The notes: generated by a model from the letters alone, not told the origin. Positions 31,388-42,050 are shown, counted from the first letter of the stretch. The stretch: 64,000 bases of DNA from an uncultured delta proteobacterium (GCA_963727445.1 CAVSGI010000010.1:576001-640000), one strand, 5' to 3'. Made by a program: numbers and translations.

Positions 31388-32089
31388 TCAGCTTCCTTCG
31401 GTGAGCGCGGCCATCGCCTCGGCTGCGGCCGCCTGCTCGGCCTCCGTCTTGGAGCGACCTTCGCCACGCCCCAAGACGCGCTCACCCACCAGGATCTCGA
31501 CGGTGAAGGCCCGCTGGTGGTCGGGCCCCTCGACGGCGACCACGCGATACGCGGGGGTGGGCTCACCGCGGCCCTGCACGATCTCCTGCACGCGCGACTT
31601 GAAGTCGCTCGCCCCGGGCCGGCGGTCGTCGAGGCGCGGGCGCATGAGGCGTCCCGCCACCGCCACCGCGGCGTCGAGGCCGCCGTCGACGTAGACCGCC
31701 GCGAGACACGCTTCGACCGCGCTCGACAGGAGCCGCGGCTTTTGTCGACCGCCGGATCGCTCCTCGCCCCGGCCCAGGCGGAGCGCTTCGCCGAGCGCGA
31801 GCTCCTCCGCGATGGCCATCAGGCCCGCCTCGCACACGAGGTCGGCGCGCCGCCGGGTGAGCTCGCCTTCCGGTGCGTCGGGGAAGCGCTCGTAGAGGAG
31901 GGTCGAGGTGACGAGACCCAGGAGCGCATCGCCGAGGAATTCGAGGCGCTCGTTGTCTCGCGGGGCGAGGCGGGGGCGCTCGTTGGCCAGCGACTTGTGC
32001 GTCAGGGCATCTCGCAACAGGCCATAATCCTGGAACTCGTGGCCCAGCTTCGCCGCCAGTGCGCGGAGCTTTTCGGCCTCGTCGTCCAT
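31388..32089 (-). CDS. rnc: Ribonuclease III
   Basis: ALTHKS, NERLEFLGDA signature, C-terminal dsRBD (DFKSRVQE...GRSKTEAEQAAA). Confidence 0.98.
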   Translation of the reverse strand: MDDEAEKLRALAAKLGHEFQDYGLLRDALTHKSLANERPRLAPRDNERLEFLGDALLGLVTSTLLYERFPDAPEGELTRRRADLVCEAGLMAIAEELALGEALRLGRGEERSGGRQKPRLLSSAVEACLAAVYVDGGLDAAVAVAGRLMRPRLDDRRPGASDFKSRVQEIVQGRGEPTPAYRVVAVEGPDHQRAFTVEILVGERVLGRGEGRSKTEAEQAAAAEAMAALTEGS

Positions 32090-32173
32090 GGGCCGGGAGC
32101 GTAGCAGGCGGGAAGATGACCCGCGGGGAATTCGTATGAAACTTCGGCGCCTCTCGGGCGTCTAGACCTCACG

Positions 32174-32950
32174 ATGCGACGCGCCCTGGCCTTCTCCTTC
32201 ACCCTCGTCTCCGGCCTGCTCATCGCGTCCGCTCTCGTCAGCGCCAATCCCCCGGCCAACCGCCAGGTCGCGGAGAAGAACGACCAGCTCTGGGCGCCGC
32301 CCGCGCCACCCGCTCCCTGGCGCGTCCTTCCACCCGGACCCGGCGAGCCCCAGAGCCATGCGGCGGAGCGCGTCCTCGGCGTTCTGTCGAACATCGAAGA
32401 AGGGATGACCGAGACCCGCTACCAACATCGCACCGTGGTGCGACAGCGGCGCGGGCTCTACGCGTGGGATTGCTCCGGGATGGCCGCGTGGATCCTCGAG
32501 CGCGCAGCGCCGCGTGCCCTGTCCGCCATCCACCGCGAGCGCCCGGTCGCCCGCAACTTCCACGACGTGATCGCGCGCTCCCCCACCGAGCGCGCGCGTC
32601 GCGGTTGGCAGCGCCTCGCGCACGTGGAGGAGGCTCGCCCGGGTGACGTCTTCGCGTGGCGCCGCCCGCCGGAGTGGGGCCGACGCATCACCGGCCACGT
32701 CGGCTTCGTCCTCGAGCGCGCGCGCCCCGTCCCCCAGTGGGAAGGCGCGTACACGATGCGCATCGTGGATGCGACTTCGCTGCCGCATCAGGACGACACG
32801 CGCATGCGCGGCGGCCCCGGCGGATACGGTCACGGCACCATCCTCCTGATGACCGACGGCGACGGACAGGTGGATTCCTACGGCTGGTTCGGCACCAACA
32901 GCCGCGGCGTCGTCGTCACGCCCGTCGTCTTCGGCCGCGTCACGCGCTAG
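32174..32950 (+). CDS. Secreted NlpC/P60- or CHAP-like cysteine amidase
   Basis: Signal peptide, WDCSG and GHVG motifs, RPGDV. Confidence 0.55.
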   Translation: MRRALAFSFTLVSGLLIASALVSANPPANRQVAEKNDQLWAPPAPPAPWRVLPPGPGEPQSHAAERVLGVLSNIEEGMTETRYQHRTVVRQRRGLYAWDCSGMAAWILERAAPRALSAIHRERPVARNFHDVIARSPTERARRGWQRLAHVEEARPGDVFAWRRPPEWGRRITGHVGFVLERARPVPQWEGAYTMRIVDATSLPHQDDTRMRGGPGGYGHGTILLMTDGDGQVDSYGWFGTNSRGVVVTPVVFGRVTR

Positions 32951-32987
32951 CTTTCTCCCCCGGCCGCGGGCGCGGTATGATCGAAGG

Positions 32988-33579
32988 ATGATCCCCCGCG
33001 CCCTCACCCTGTTCCTGGTCCTCGCCGCCTGCGATGGCGGCGACGAGCCCGAATGCATATCCAGCGCCGACTGCCCGACGGGCCGGTGTGTGGAGGGGGC
33101 GTGCGTCGCGGGCACAGACACGGGAACCGCGTCGGATACCGGCACCGCCGCTGACACCGGCACTTCCGCCGACACCGGCGCCCGCTACCGACGCGAGCGC
33201 CGACACCGGCGCCCGCTCCGACGCGAGCGCCGACACCGGCGCCGCCTCCGACACGGGCACCGCCTCCGACGCTGCATCCGACACCGGCACCCTCTCCGAC
33301 GCTGCGGGCGGAACCCACACACTCACGGTGCGTGCCTCCGGGACCGCGACGATCCACCGCATCACCTCCGACCCGCCGGGGATCGACTGCCGAACCGACA
33401 TCTGCACCGCTGACTTCCCCGCGGGCACCGTCGTCACCCTCACTCAGGTTCCCGCGGACTGTCCCTGGCTGTCGCCGTCCTCCTGCTCCTCCGCCGCCAC
33501 CCCCTGCTCCGTCACGATGGATTCGGACCAGCTCGTCCGGGCCTTCTTTCCGCTCACCTCGGGCGGCCTCTGCCCCTGA
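32988..33579 (+). CDS. Small Cys-rich lipoprotein with DTG repeats and InlB B-repeat-like domain (frameshift ~33187)
   Basis: ORFs 32988..33413 and 33034..33579 join; the first copy of a 30-bp repeat has an extra A (CGCTACCGAC vs CGCTCCGAC in the second copy); SDPPGIDC...GTVVTLT...CSVTM. Confidence 0.65.
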
Positions 33580-33624
33580 CCGGCCATCAGGCACGGGAAA
33601 CGCTCCCGCGGTATCATCGATCGA

Positions 33625-34881
33625 GTGGCTCGAGTGATTTCGCTTCTGGTGCTGTTCCTGACCGGATGCGGACTCGTGCTCGATGCGATCCCGGCTGCCT
33701 CGGGTGCCGACGGGGGCCGAGACGCGCGTGTCGACGGGACGTCTCCCACGGACGCAGCCAACGACGCCACCGGGGATACCGGTGTCGTCTCGACGGACGG
33801 AAGCGTCGACGCGACGATGCCGATGCCGATGCTCGGCACCGTGTCGATCGCGAACGCCGGCCCCAACGACAGCCAGCCCGCGGTGATATGGGATGGAAGC
33901 AAGTTCGTGGTCGGGCTGATCGCCGATGGCTACGTCGACGTCTTCAAGATGGCTCCGGGTGTGGTGGCCGACACCGAACGGGAGCACGTCACCCCCACCG
34001 CCGACTTCACGCGACAGGACGTGCTCCTGTCAGCCAACGGGTCCCGACTCGCGGTCGGCTGGACCGAAGCGCCTGCGTCGGATGGAGTCTTGATGCTGCG
34101 CGTCTTACCCGACGACGCGGCGCCGAGGATGATCGCAGCCGGCATTCTGAGAGAGACCGATCGGCAGGATGCCGCGCTCCACGCGTCGGGCGGCGACTTC
34201 GGCGCGCTGATGCGCCGCCTGGGTTCGAGCGCGACCGAACAGCAGCTCCACTATCTCGACGTCGCCAGCGGGTCGACCGGCATCGTCACCTCCCATGCCG
34301 GAGACCTGGGCGAGTTCGACATGCACGAGTCGGCCCTCGGTCCGCTCTTCGTGCACGGCCAGCCCGAGGAGCTCTTCCATTGGAATGGGGGATGGTTGCT
34401 CGAGGCGACGGTTCCGCTGAGCCCCGGCTCCGAAGGCGCGACGACCTGGCTCGCGGACGGATCGGTCGCTTCGGTCTGGCTTCACGACGATGGCATGGGG
34501 GGCCGCCAGTTCTCCTTCACCCGCCATCGGCCGGAGTCGGCGTGGGCGGAGGAGGGGATGCCTGTCCTGCTCCCCTTTCAGGGATCCGATCAGGCGATGG
34601 ACGCGTTCTCGGGCGGGGCGGTCCTCGCCTTCGCTTATCCAGACCCGGACACCACGGGTCGAACGCTCGGCCTCGTCGGGCTCGACCCCACGGGCAACGT
34701 CATCGCCGGCCCCTGCCGCATCCCCCCGATGGCGCCGACGGCCAACGACCCCGACATCGCCTGCGGCGGCGGCTACTGCGCCATCGTCTGGATGGAAGGC
34801 AGCACGTATGACGGGTCGGACTTCATGACCCGCGTCACTCAGGTCCCCGACGATCCCGAGACCGTCTGCCCCGCGAGCTGA
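33625..34881 (+). CDS. Hypothetical lipoprotein
   Basis: Lipobox LTGC, low-complexity DA/DG linker, beta-rich body. Confidence 0.65.
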   Translation: MARVISLLVLFLTGCGLVLDAIPAASGADGGRDARVDGTSPTDAANDATGDTGVVSTDGSVDATMPMPMLGTVSIANAGPNDSQPAVIWDGSKFVVGLIADGYVDVFKMAPGVVADTEREHVTPTADFTRQDVLLSANGSRLAVGWTEAPASDGVLMLRVLPDDAAPRMIAAGILRETDRQDAALHASGGDFGALMRRLGSSATEQQLHYLDVASGSTGIVTSHAGDLGEFDMHESALGPLFVHGQPEELFHWNGGWLLEATVPLSPGSEGATTWLADGSVASVWLHDDGMGGRQFSFTRHRPESAWAEEGMPVLLPFQGSDQAMDAFSGGAVLAFAYPDPDTTGRTLGLVGLDPTGNVIAGPCRIPPMAPTANDPDIACGGGYCAIVWMEGSTYDGSDFMTRVTQVPDDPETVCPAS

Positions 34882-36402
34882 CCCGTGAGCTCGAACTCGC
34901 GGGCGTAGCCGCGGGCGACGTTGCGGATCTGCACCGAGATGCGGCCGTCCCCGCCGTAGGTGTATCGCTCCTCGATCTCCTCGCCAGCGAGCGTACCCGT
35001 CCGCTCGAAGCCTTCCTCGGCCGTGAGGTCCGCATCGCGTAGCGACGGGTCGTAGGGAAAGCGCACCTCCTTCCACGGCAAGAGGTCCCCCGCCGGGCGC
35101 CCGTCCACCAGGCGGGTGCATTCCACGAAACGCAGCCGTCCCACCCGATGCACCGGCCTGTACCGTCGCTCGACGACGAGCGGCCCGTCTTCGGGCGGCG
35201 CGAGGTGTGCGTCGATGATCTTGTCGAAGACCTTCTCACGGCCGTCGGCGGCCTCTCGCCACACGCCGAAGCAGCGCGTCGACGCTTCGCGCACCCGGAC
35301 CGTGGCTGCGGGATCCGCCGCGATGGCGAGCCCCACCGCCGTGGCGGCATGAGGCATGGGGGCGAGCTTGAGCTTCTTGCCCCACCGCTGGCGAAGCTGG
35401 CGCGCCACCGGGGGAAAGGCCACCGCGCCGCCGACGAGGTAGACGGCGCCGAGCTGACGCGGGTCCTCCGGATCGATACCGTGGGCGGGCAGCGTGTCGA
35501 GCACCCGCGCGAGCACCTCCACGCTCTGATCGATGAGCGGGGCCGCGCGCTCGTAGAGCTCGCGCGTCTCGAGCACCACCGGGGGCGTGTCGGGGAGGAG
35601 ATCGGAGAGGTCGACGAGAAGCTTCTTGCTGCTCGGGGTCAGCGTCTCCTTGGATTCGCGGCAGCGCTCGAGGAGCGCCGCGCGACGCACCTCGGGCACG
35701 GCGTCACCGGCGAGGCCCAGCGCGCCCTGGGCCGCATCGAGGATGAGGGCATCGAAGTCGTCACCGCCGAACGCGCTGATGCCCTCCGAGGCGATGAGAA
35801 TCGAAGCGTCGGTCGCGGAGCGACACCGCGGAGGTGTCGAAGGTACCGCCGCCCAGGTCGTAGACCACGACGTAGCGCTTGGGTGAGCGGCCACCCACCC
35901 CGACGAGATGGCGGTGCGCGTAGTCGATGGCGCCGGCGGTGGGCTCGTTCACCATCCCGAGGACCTCGAAGCCCGCGGCCTCGAAAGCCTCGAGGGTCAT
36001 GTACCGCTGCTGGGTCGAAGCGTTCGCGGGCACCGCGACCATCGCTTGAAGCGGCTCGCCCCTGCCCACGTCGAGGTTGCTCTCTTCGCGGATCGCGCGC
36101 TCGAGGCGCGACAAGAAGAGGGTGACCAGCGAGAGCGCGTCGGTATCGAAGCCAATGATCGGATCTTCCGGCGCTCTGTGACCGATCACGCGCTTGAGCG
36201 AGCGGAGCCCTGAGTCGGGATCGGCCGGGAGCGCCGCCTCGGCCTCCCAGCCGTGGACGAGCCCGTCGGGTGTGCGCGCCACGAGACCCGGCATGTAGTC
36301 GCGAAAGCCCCCCTCCACGTCGAAGCTGGCCACTGGATAGCGGCCGTCCTCCACCGCCGCGACGACGGTACGCGTCGTTCCGAAATCGATCCCCAGTCGC
36401 AC
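34839..36402 (-). CDS. Hsp70/DnaK-like ATPase (frameshift ~35800)
   Basis: LGIDFGTT, VAVPA, NEPTAGA, YDLGGGTFD, then FGGDDFD and VYLVGG in the second frame; removing one base gives RRFDLIASEGISAFGGDDFD. Confidence 0.85.
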
Positions 36403-36486
36403 GCTCTCACCCCACCGAGACCCCGAGCATGAACGCGTGCTCCGACCATGTCGAGGGGCGGTGGCGAACTGCCGTCTACGCGGGTT

Positions 36487-37686
36487 TCAGCGACATTCCT
36501 CATCCCCTTCGGCGCACTCGAAGCGGACGTGGAGATGGTCGCGGTGGTTCGGGAAGTGGCGGATCACGCCGAGCGGGAAGCCGACGCCGCGGGGGTATTG
36601 AAACCAGTGATGGAGCTGCTCGCGGGTGGCGCCGCGACGGCGCGCCTCCTGGTAGAGCGCGCCCTGGAGCGAGTAGTCGATGAAGATCGCCTTGGCCTGA
36701 TCGTGCTCGAGCCAATAGGAGAGGAGCGTCCACGTGCGTTCCACGTCCAGGAGCTCGGGGGTCATGCGCCGAAAGCCGCATCCGTCGCTCGGACAGCGGC
36801 GCCGGTGGTAGTAGCTGATGTCGGCGTCGCGCCCATTTTGATGGCTGCGATGGTCGCTCAGCCGCCCACCACGCTCGGTGCTGAGGTCGTGCACGCGCAC
36901 CTTCTGGCCACGGCCGTGCTCACTGACGACGCGATCGAAAGCCGCCATGATCGCGTCGTTGGTCTCGCGGGTGCCGTAGGCCCGCGAACGATCGCGGATC
37001 ACGTAGCCGGGGTGCCGCGGCAGGCGCTCCCCGTGCACCAGGCGTCCGTGATAGGGCAGCCCGATCGCTTCGGAGAGCGACTCCGGCCGCTCGGCCCACA
37101 CGACAACCTTCGCCCCTGCGCGTAGCGTGTTGCCCTCGAGGCGACGATTCCATCGCAACAGATCCCGCACCGCGACCCCGTAGCGGGAAGCGATTCGGCT
37201 CAAGGACTCGCCGGGCCGAACGTCGTGCTCGATCCGGTAGCGCGCGGGCCCGATCACCAGCGGCTGGCCCACGCGGATGGCGTCCGCCTCGAGGCCCTCG
37301 TTCCACTCGAGGAGCTGCTCCATCTCGACGCCGAAGCGGCTGGCGATGCCGCTCAGCGTGTCACCAGCGTGGACCTCGTAGGTGGGGCTTCCATCCGGCC
37401 CGGCCTCTGTGCCGCCCCCCGCCTGATCGCCCACCACCAGCTCCTGCCCGATCTGAATGCGGTCGTCCGGCAGGGCGTTCCACTGCTGCAAGTCCTCGAC
37501 GCTCACCCCGTACCGGTCGGCCAGAATGCTCAACGCATCCCCCGCCCGCACGGTGATGGTCCTCTGGGCCGCTGCCTCGAGAGAACCGAGGAGCATCGTC
37601 GCGGCAAATGCCAGCACGAAGAGATAGACCCGCGCCCTCGGAGGGGTCGGATGGCTCGCGTGCTGCTTCCGGGACTGGAGGCGCAT
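36487..37686 (-). CDS. Triple-LysM penicillin-insensitive murein endopeptidase (MepA-like)
   Basis: Three LysM repeats (V.AGD.LS.IA.RYGV); HRSHQNGRDAD and HRDHLHVR metallopeptidase motifs. Confidence 0.88.
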   Translation of the reverse strand: MRLQSRKQHASHPTPPRARVYLFVLAFAATMLLGSLEAAAQRTITVRAGDALSILADRYGVSVEDLQQWNALPDDRIQIGQELVVGDQAGGGTEAGPDGSPTYEVHAGDTLSGIASRFGVEMEQLLEWNEGLEADAIRVGQPLVIGPARYRIEHDVRPGESLSRIASRYGVAVRDLLRWNRRLEGNTLRAGAKVVVWAERPESLSEAIGLPYHGRLVHGERLPRHPGYVIRDRSRAYGTRETNDAIMAAFDRVVSEHGRGQKVRVHDLSTERGGRLSDHRSHQNGRDADISYYHRRRCPSDGCGFRRMTPELLDVERTWTLLSYWLEHDQAKAIFIDYSLQGALYQEARRRGATREQLHHWFQYPRGVGFPLGVIRHFPNHRDHLHVRFECAEGDEECR

Positions 37687-37762
37687 CTCCTTTCGAATAC
37701 GCCCGAACCCGCACCTCTGACAAAAAAGTGTCGAGACCAGCGCCGTGATATGGTCGCCGGCG

Positions 37763-38197
37763 ATGGCGGAGGGCAAGGGCGGTGCGCTGAAGTGGATCGG
37801 CCTGGGATGCGGGGTCTTCCTGCTGGTGGCCGCCTGCGGCGTGGGCGCCGCCTTCTTCGCCTGTCAGAGCCTCTTCGAAGCGCCCGAGGGTCAGGCACGA
37901 GGCTTCTTCGCCGACCTCCGGGCCGGCAACTACCAGGACGCGCTCCGGCGCACCGACGCGCCGTATCAGAGCTCGCACACCGTGGAGGCGTTCGAGCAGG
38001 CGGTCTCCGCCATCCCCGCGGCGACGCAGCAGACCGATGTCTCCTTCAGCAGTCGCGACGTCAACGGGAGCTCGGCGAGCATGGTCGGAGACCTCTCCAC
38101 ACCGAACGGTCAGGTCCCCGTCACGGTCACGCTCTCCCGCGCGGGCGAGTACTGGTACATCGACTCGGTCACGGTGCAGGGTCAGACGCTTCAGTGA
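37763..38197 (+). CDS. Hypothetical membrane-anchored protein (NTF2-like)
   Basis: N-terminal TM with GCG; FFADLRAGNY..A; C-terminal WYIDSV. Confidence 0.6.
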   Translation: MAEGKGGALKWIGLGCGVFLLVAACGVGAAFFACQSLFEAPEGQARGFFADLRAGNYQDALRRTDAPYQSSHTVEAFEQAVSAIPAATQQTDVSFSSRDVNGSSASMVGDLSTPNGQVPVTVTLSRAGEYWYIDSVTVQGQTLQ

Positions 38198-38235
38198 GCG
38201 CGCCCGCGTCGACGGCTGGCGCCCCAGCGTCTTCG

Positions 38236-38400
38236 TCACCCCTGGGGGGTGAGGTCGTTCCGCTGTCCGCCCCGTGCCCAAGAAGAAACAAGGGGAGCTC
38301 CCACCGAGCTGCCAACACCCCCAGGGGGGGCAGGGGTGAAGGCACGGCGGGAGCTCCCGTCCCAGAATTGGGATTACTCAGGCCGAAGGCAAGAAAAAGC
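38236..38400 (-). ncRNA. Structured intergenic element: candidate sRNA or complex terminator
   Basis: Long minus-strand hairpin 38358-38293 with G-U pairing and a C-rich loop, followed by CTTGTTTCTTCTT; extra hairpin at 38236-38252. Confidence 0.35.
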
Positions 38401-38422
38401 GCCCACGCCTCGGGACCCCTCG

Positions 38423-40774
38423 CTAGGGGTTATCGAGAATGAACCTCAGGCCCAGGAGAGCGGTGAAGCGGCCGAAGATTTGGGGGGCGTCGTCCCCCAG
38501 GCCCACGCGAAGTCCGACGAGCGCCTCGGTCGGCCCCATGGGCACCACGGCCTCGAGGCCCAACGCCCCCGCGAGCCGCTGGGCCCCGTCGCTCTGGCCC
38601 ACCACCAGCGAGCCCGTGACGCCGAGGGTCAGGGCCGAGAGCAGCCGCGCGTCGACGCCGTAGGCCGAGGACCACAGGAGGGTGGATCCGGTGGTGTCGG
38701 CGACGAGGGCCTGCCGGCTGCGCAAACACACAGAACCGCCGAAGGTTCCCGAGAAGGAGAGCGATGGGACGATCCGCACGTCGTTCAAGGAGCCCTCTGC
38801 AGCGCGGGTGGGGATCCAGGCTGTCACGTCGGTGGTGAGCGCGAAGTGAGACGACGCCGGATAGGTCAGGTTGGCGAAGACGCGGACGTCGGTCGCCCCG
38901 CGTCGCGAGGTGGTGCGATAGGCGCCGGTCGCATCGAGGGTCCAGTCGAAACCCACCTCGAGCGGCTGGTCGAAGAGTCGAGCGCGCGCGCCGAAGTTAC
39001 CCCGAACCATGTCCGGTTGATCGGGCGCGGAGATGCCCGAGAGCGCCGCGTGAAAGGTGGCGCCCTTTCGCCCCGTCGGGAGGATGGACGCGACGTCGGG
39101 GAGCGCGCTGTGCGCGAAGACGCCGGGGGCGACGGGGATCGCGGGCGCGGTCGGAGAGCTCGGAGCCTCGGGCGACGAGACCGCCGTCGGTGGAGCGCCG
39201 CGGATCGTGACATCGAAGTGTGCGAGCGCTACGCGCTCGTCGCCCTCTGCGACGCCGAGGGTCACGGGCAGCGCCGCCGGCGCGTCGGTGGTGGCGAGGA
39301 GCGGGATCTCGAAAGCGCCGTCGGGCCGGCGCGACACCCGACCGATCTCCACGCCTTCGGGCGCCCACGCCACGAGAGAGCTGGGGATTGGCAGCTCGCT
39401 CTCGAGGCGGACGACGACGCGCGAAGGAACGCGACGGACGAGCTCTGGGGGGCCCCCTTCGATTCGTGCCCGGGGCGCGGAGAGCACCACGTCGAAGGCG
39501 GGGACCTCGCGGCCACCCGGATCGAAGCACTGCACCGACGTGCGCCCGTCGCCGAGGAGCGTCGCCATCTCCGCGACTGCCCCGCCGTGCGGGCCGCAGC
39601 GAAAGCCGACCGGGGCGACGATCCAGGTCCCTGGCAGAACGCGCGGCAAACGGTCGGGGACCGATGGATCGCCGGGATCGTAAGGCTCGATCAGCGGCTC
39701 GCCGCCGCCCGGAGGAATGACGCGCGCCTCGAGGACCTGCACCGCGAGGCGCGGAGAGGGTCGCCCCTCGAGGAGCCACTCGTCGATGGTCGCGACCGAG
39801 ACGTAGTACACGCCGGCCGGCACGCGGTGGATGGCGAAGGTGGTGCTGGGCGCCGTGACCTCCATGGCTGCGGCGACGTCGGTGCCGTCGGGGCGGCGCG
39901 CGAGCTCGACGCGATAGGCGACCGCCCCTTCGACGGGTTCGAAGGCGCCAGCGATGGTTCCGCCGCGCCCGGTGAGGCCGACGAAGCGGCCCGGGCGATC
40001 GACGCGCCAGCGCGGCGGCGCGGGCAAGGGGCGCGGGGGCGCCGGGCGCTCGCCGCGCCGAACGAGAGTGCCGCTCCCGGCGGGCACGCGCACCGAAACG
40101 TTGCCTGCGGTGACCGTCGCGGTGCGCCCTTCGAGGTTGGCGAGGCGGCTCGCTCCGTCCTCGCCCACGGCCACGATCGCGTCGCCGCCGACCACCCGAG
40201 CCGTCCCGGCGGGGGTGTCCACCGAGAAGCGACCGGTGAGCTCCGCGAGGCGGCTCCGAAGCGCGCCGCGTTCGAGGGTGGCCGTGCTCCGCCGCTGGGC
40301 GAGGCTGCCACTTCCCCCATAGATGATCACCATCGTCTCCTGGCGCATCTGCACCGTGGAGCGATCACGAAAGGTGAGCTCCGCCGACGAGCGCGCACCG
40401 GTCTCCACCTGCGCCCCGCGCGACAGCGCCTCGCCGACCGACGCCGGAGCGAAGCGGCCGCCGGGTGGACGCGCGCGCACCACGTTCTCGGCCGCCGTCA
40501 CGCGCGCATCGGGGCCCTCGTCGGGCGGTCGCGGCAGGACGAGGATGCTGCCCGGCTCGAGGTGATGAGGCGGCGGGCCCAGATCGGGGTTGAGCTCGTG
40601 GATGCGCTCGTAGTCCCGCGAGCTGCCGTAGAGCCGGCGCGCGATCCCGGCGCAGGTGTCGCCGTCCTGGACCCGATAGCGAAAGGTGCCGCGCTGCTGC
40701 GCGGCCGCCGAGCGGCCGAGGCCCCACGTCGAGATCACGACCCCGATGACGAGGAGGAGACGGGTCATCCTCAT
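38423..40774 (-). CDS. LysM + FecR domain protein with putative C-terminal beta-barrel
   Basis: Signal peptide; YRVQDGDTC..IARRLYG LysM; VETGARSSAELTFRD...LERG...VDTPAG FecR; amphipathic strands at the C-terminus. Confidence 0.8.
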   Translation of the reverse strand: MRMTRLLLVIGVVISTWGLGRSAAAQQRGTFRYRVQDGDTCAGIARRLYGSSRDYERIHELNPDLGPPPHHLEPGSILVLPRPPDEGPDARVTAAENVVRARPPGGRFAPASVGEALSRGAQVETGARSSAELTFRDRSTVQMRQETMVIIYGGSGSLAQRRSTATLERGALRSRLAELTGRFSVDTPAGTARVVGGDAIVAVGEDGASRLANLEGRTATVTAGNVSVRVPAGSGTLVRRGERPAPPRPLPAPPRWRVDRPGRFVGLTGRGGTIAGAFEPVEGAVAYRVELARRPDGTDVAAAMEVTAPSTTFAIHRVPAGVYYVSVATIDEWLLEGRPSPRLAVQVLEARVIPPGGGEPLIEPYDPGDPSVPDRLPRVLPGTWIVAPVGFRCGPHGGAVAEMATLLGDGRTSVQCFDPGGREVPAFDVVLSAPRARIEGGPPELVRRVPSRVVVRLESELPIPSSLVAWAPEGVEIGRVSRRPDGAFEIPLLATTDAPAALPVTLGVAEGDERVALAHFDVTIRGAPPTAVSSPEAPSSPTAPAIPVAPGVFAHSALPDVASILPTGRKGATFHAALSGISAPDQPDMVRGNFGARARLFDQPLEVGFDWTLDATGAYRTTSRRGATDVRVFANLTYPASSHFALTTDVTAWIPTRAAEGSLNDVRIVPSLSFSGTFGGSVCLRSRQALVADTTGSTLLWSSAYGVDARLLSALTLGVTGSLVVGQSDGAQRLAGALGLEAVVPMGPTEALVGLRVGLGDDAPQIFGRFTALLGLRFILDNP

Positions 40775-42050
40775 CGCCCGTGCTTCGCCCTCCTGCGTGC
40801 GACGCGCCGAAGCCGGCGCGACAAGTCATCGGCGCCGGTTCGGACGGACCACCACCTCGGCCGCGCCCGCGCCGAGCAGCGCGCTGATGCGCGCAATGTC
40901 CCCCGCCTCGGTGTCGGTGAGGACGGTGTGACCGGCGCGACAGTATCGCGCGACCTCCTCGACGTTGGCGTGGGGCGCGAAGACGAGGGAGGGCTCCTCG
41001 ATCGGATCGTCGCCCGCCGCCCAGGCGACGATGCCGTTGGCGGCGAGCGCGAGCCACAGCTCGGGCGCGAGATCGCCGACAATCGCGACCTCGAAAGCGT
41101 CGCGGCCTCCACCTTCCACCGACGCCGCCGGGGCTGACACCATCCGCGCCTTGCGGCCGAGAAGATGCGTGTCGTCGCGGGCGCGCTCGCGGCGCAGAGG
41201 GTCGATCTCCGAGAGCGTCTCGAGGAGCGACTCGGCGTCCGGGCGACGCTCGGGCCTCTTCTGGAGCATGGCGCGGAATCGAGCGATCGAGCGCGGTGGG
41301 GATGGGCTCGCGGCCGGGATGCTCGACGAGCGGGGGCGGCGAGGCGAACATCTGCTTGGTGAGCACCTCCATGTCGCTGCCGCCGAAGGGCACCCGGCCC
41401 GTGACCAGCTCGTAGAGGATGCAGCCGAGGGCGTAGACGTCGGTCGCCGGGCCCACGTGCTCTCCGCGCGCCTGCTCGGGGGAGAGGTACTCGGGAGTGC
41501 CCGTGACGACACCGTGCGCCGTCATGCGATCCGCCCGCGCCTCGCCCGCGATGAAGGCGAGCCCGAAGTCGACCACGCGCACGCGCGCCGCGCTCCCTTT
41601 TCCTTCCAGGAAGACATTCTCGGGCTTGAGGTCGCGATGAACCAGGGGAAGACGATGCGCGGTGACGAGGACATCCGCGATCTGAGCCGCGATGGCGATG
41701 GCCTCCTCGACCGATAGCGCGTTCGGCCTTTCCATGCGTGCGCGAAGCGTGTGTCCAGAGAGCAGCTCCATCGCCAGGTAGACCACGTCCTCGTCTTCTC
41801 CGAAGTCGTAGACGGCGACCGCGCTCTCGTGGGACAGCGCCGACGCCACCCGCGCCTCTCGCTCGAAACGCGCGCGTGCACCCGGGTCGAGCGCGATGCG
41901 GGGATGGAGCACCTTGAGCGCGACCTCGCGACCGAGCGCGGGCTGCGCGGCGCGAAAGACGACGCCGGTCGCGCCCTGGCCGAGCCGCTCCTCGAGGTGG
42001 TAGCGGCCCGCCACCTGGTCGCCGACCTTCGGCACCATCGGACCCGTCAC
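40771..42050 (-). CDS. Ser/Thr protein kinase with C-terminal pseudo-receiver domain (frameshifts ~41278 and ~40840)
   Basis: GQGATG, VALK, HRDLKPEN, DFG, YLSPEQ; continues as RAMLQKRPERRP...ALLGAGAAEVVVRP then GADDLSRRLRRV in successive frames. Confidence 0.8.

Noticed and set aside
33589..33605. Possible sigma54 promoter AGGCACGGGAAACGCT
   Set aside because: Spacing fits but the -12 element lacks TTGC/CTGC; too weak in a GC-rich background.
34839..36402. True pseudogene or programmed frameshift in the Hsp70-like gene (and the other split genes)
   Set aside because: Single clean +1 insertions with no slippery heptamer and no further decay; sequencing error is more parsimonious, though unproven.
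38200..38422. tRNA, 6S, SRP, tmRNA or RNase P RNA identity for the structured intergenic region
   Set aside because: No recognisable conserved motifs of these families by eye; kept only as an unassigned candidate.
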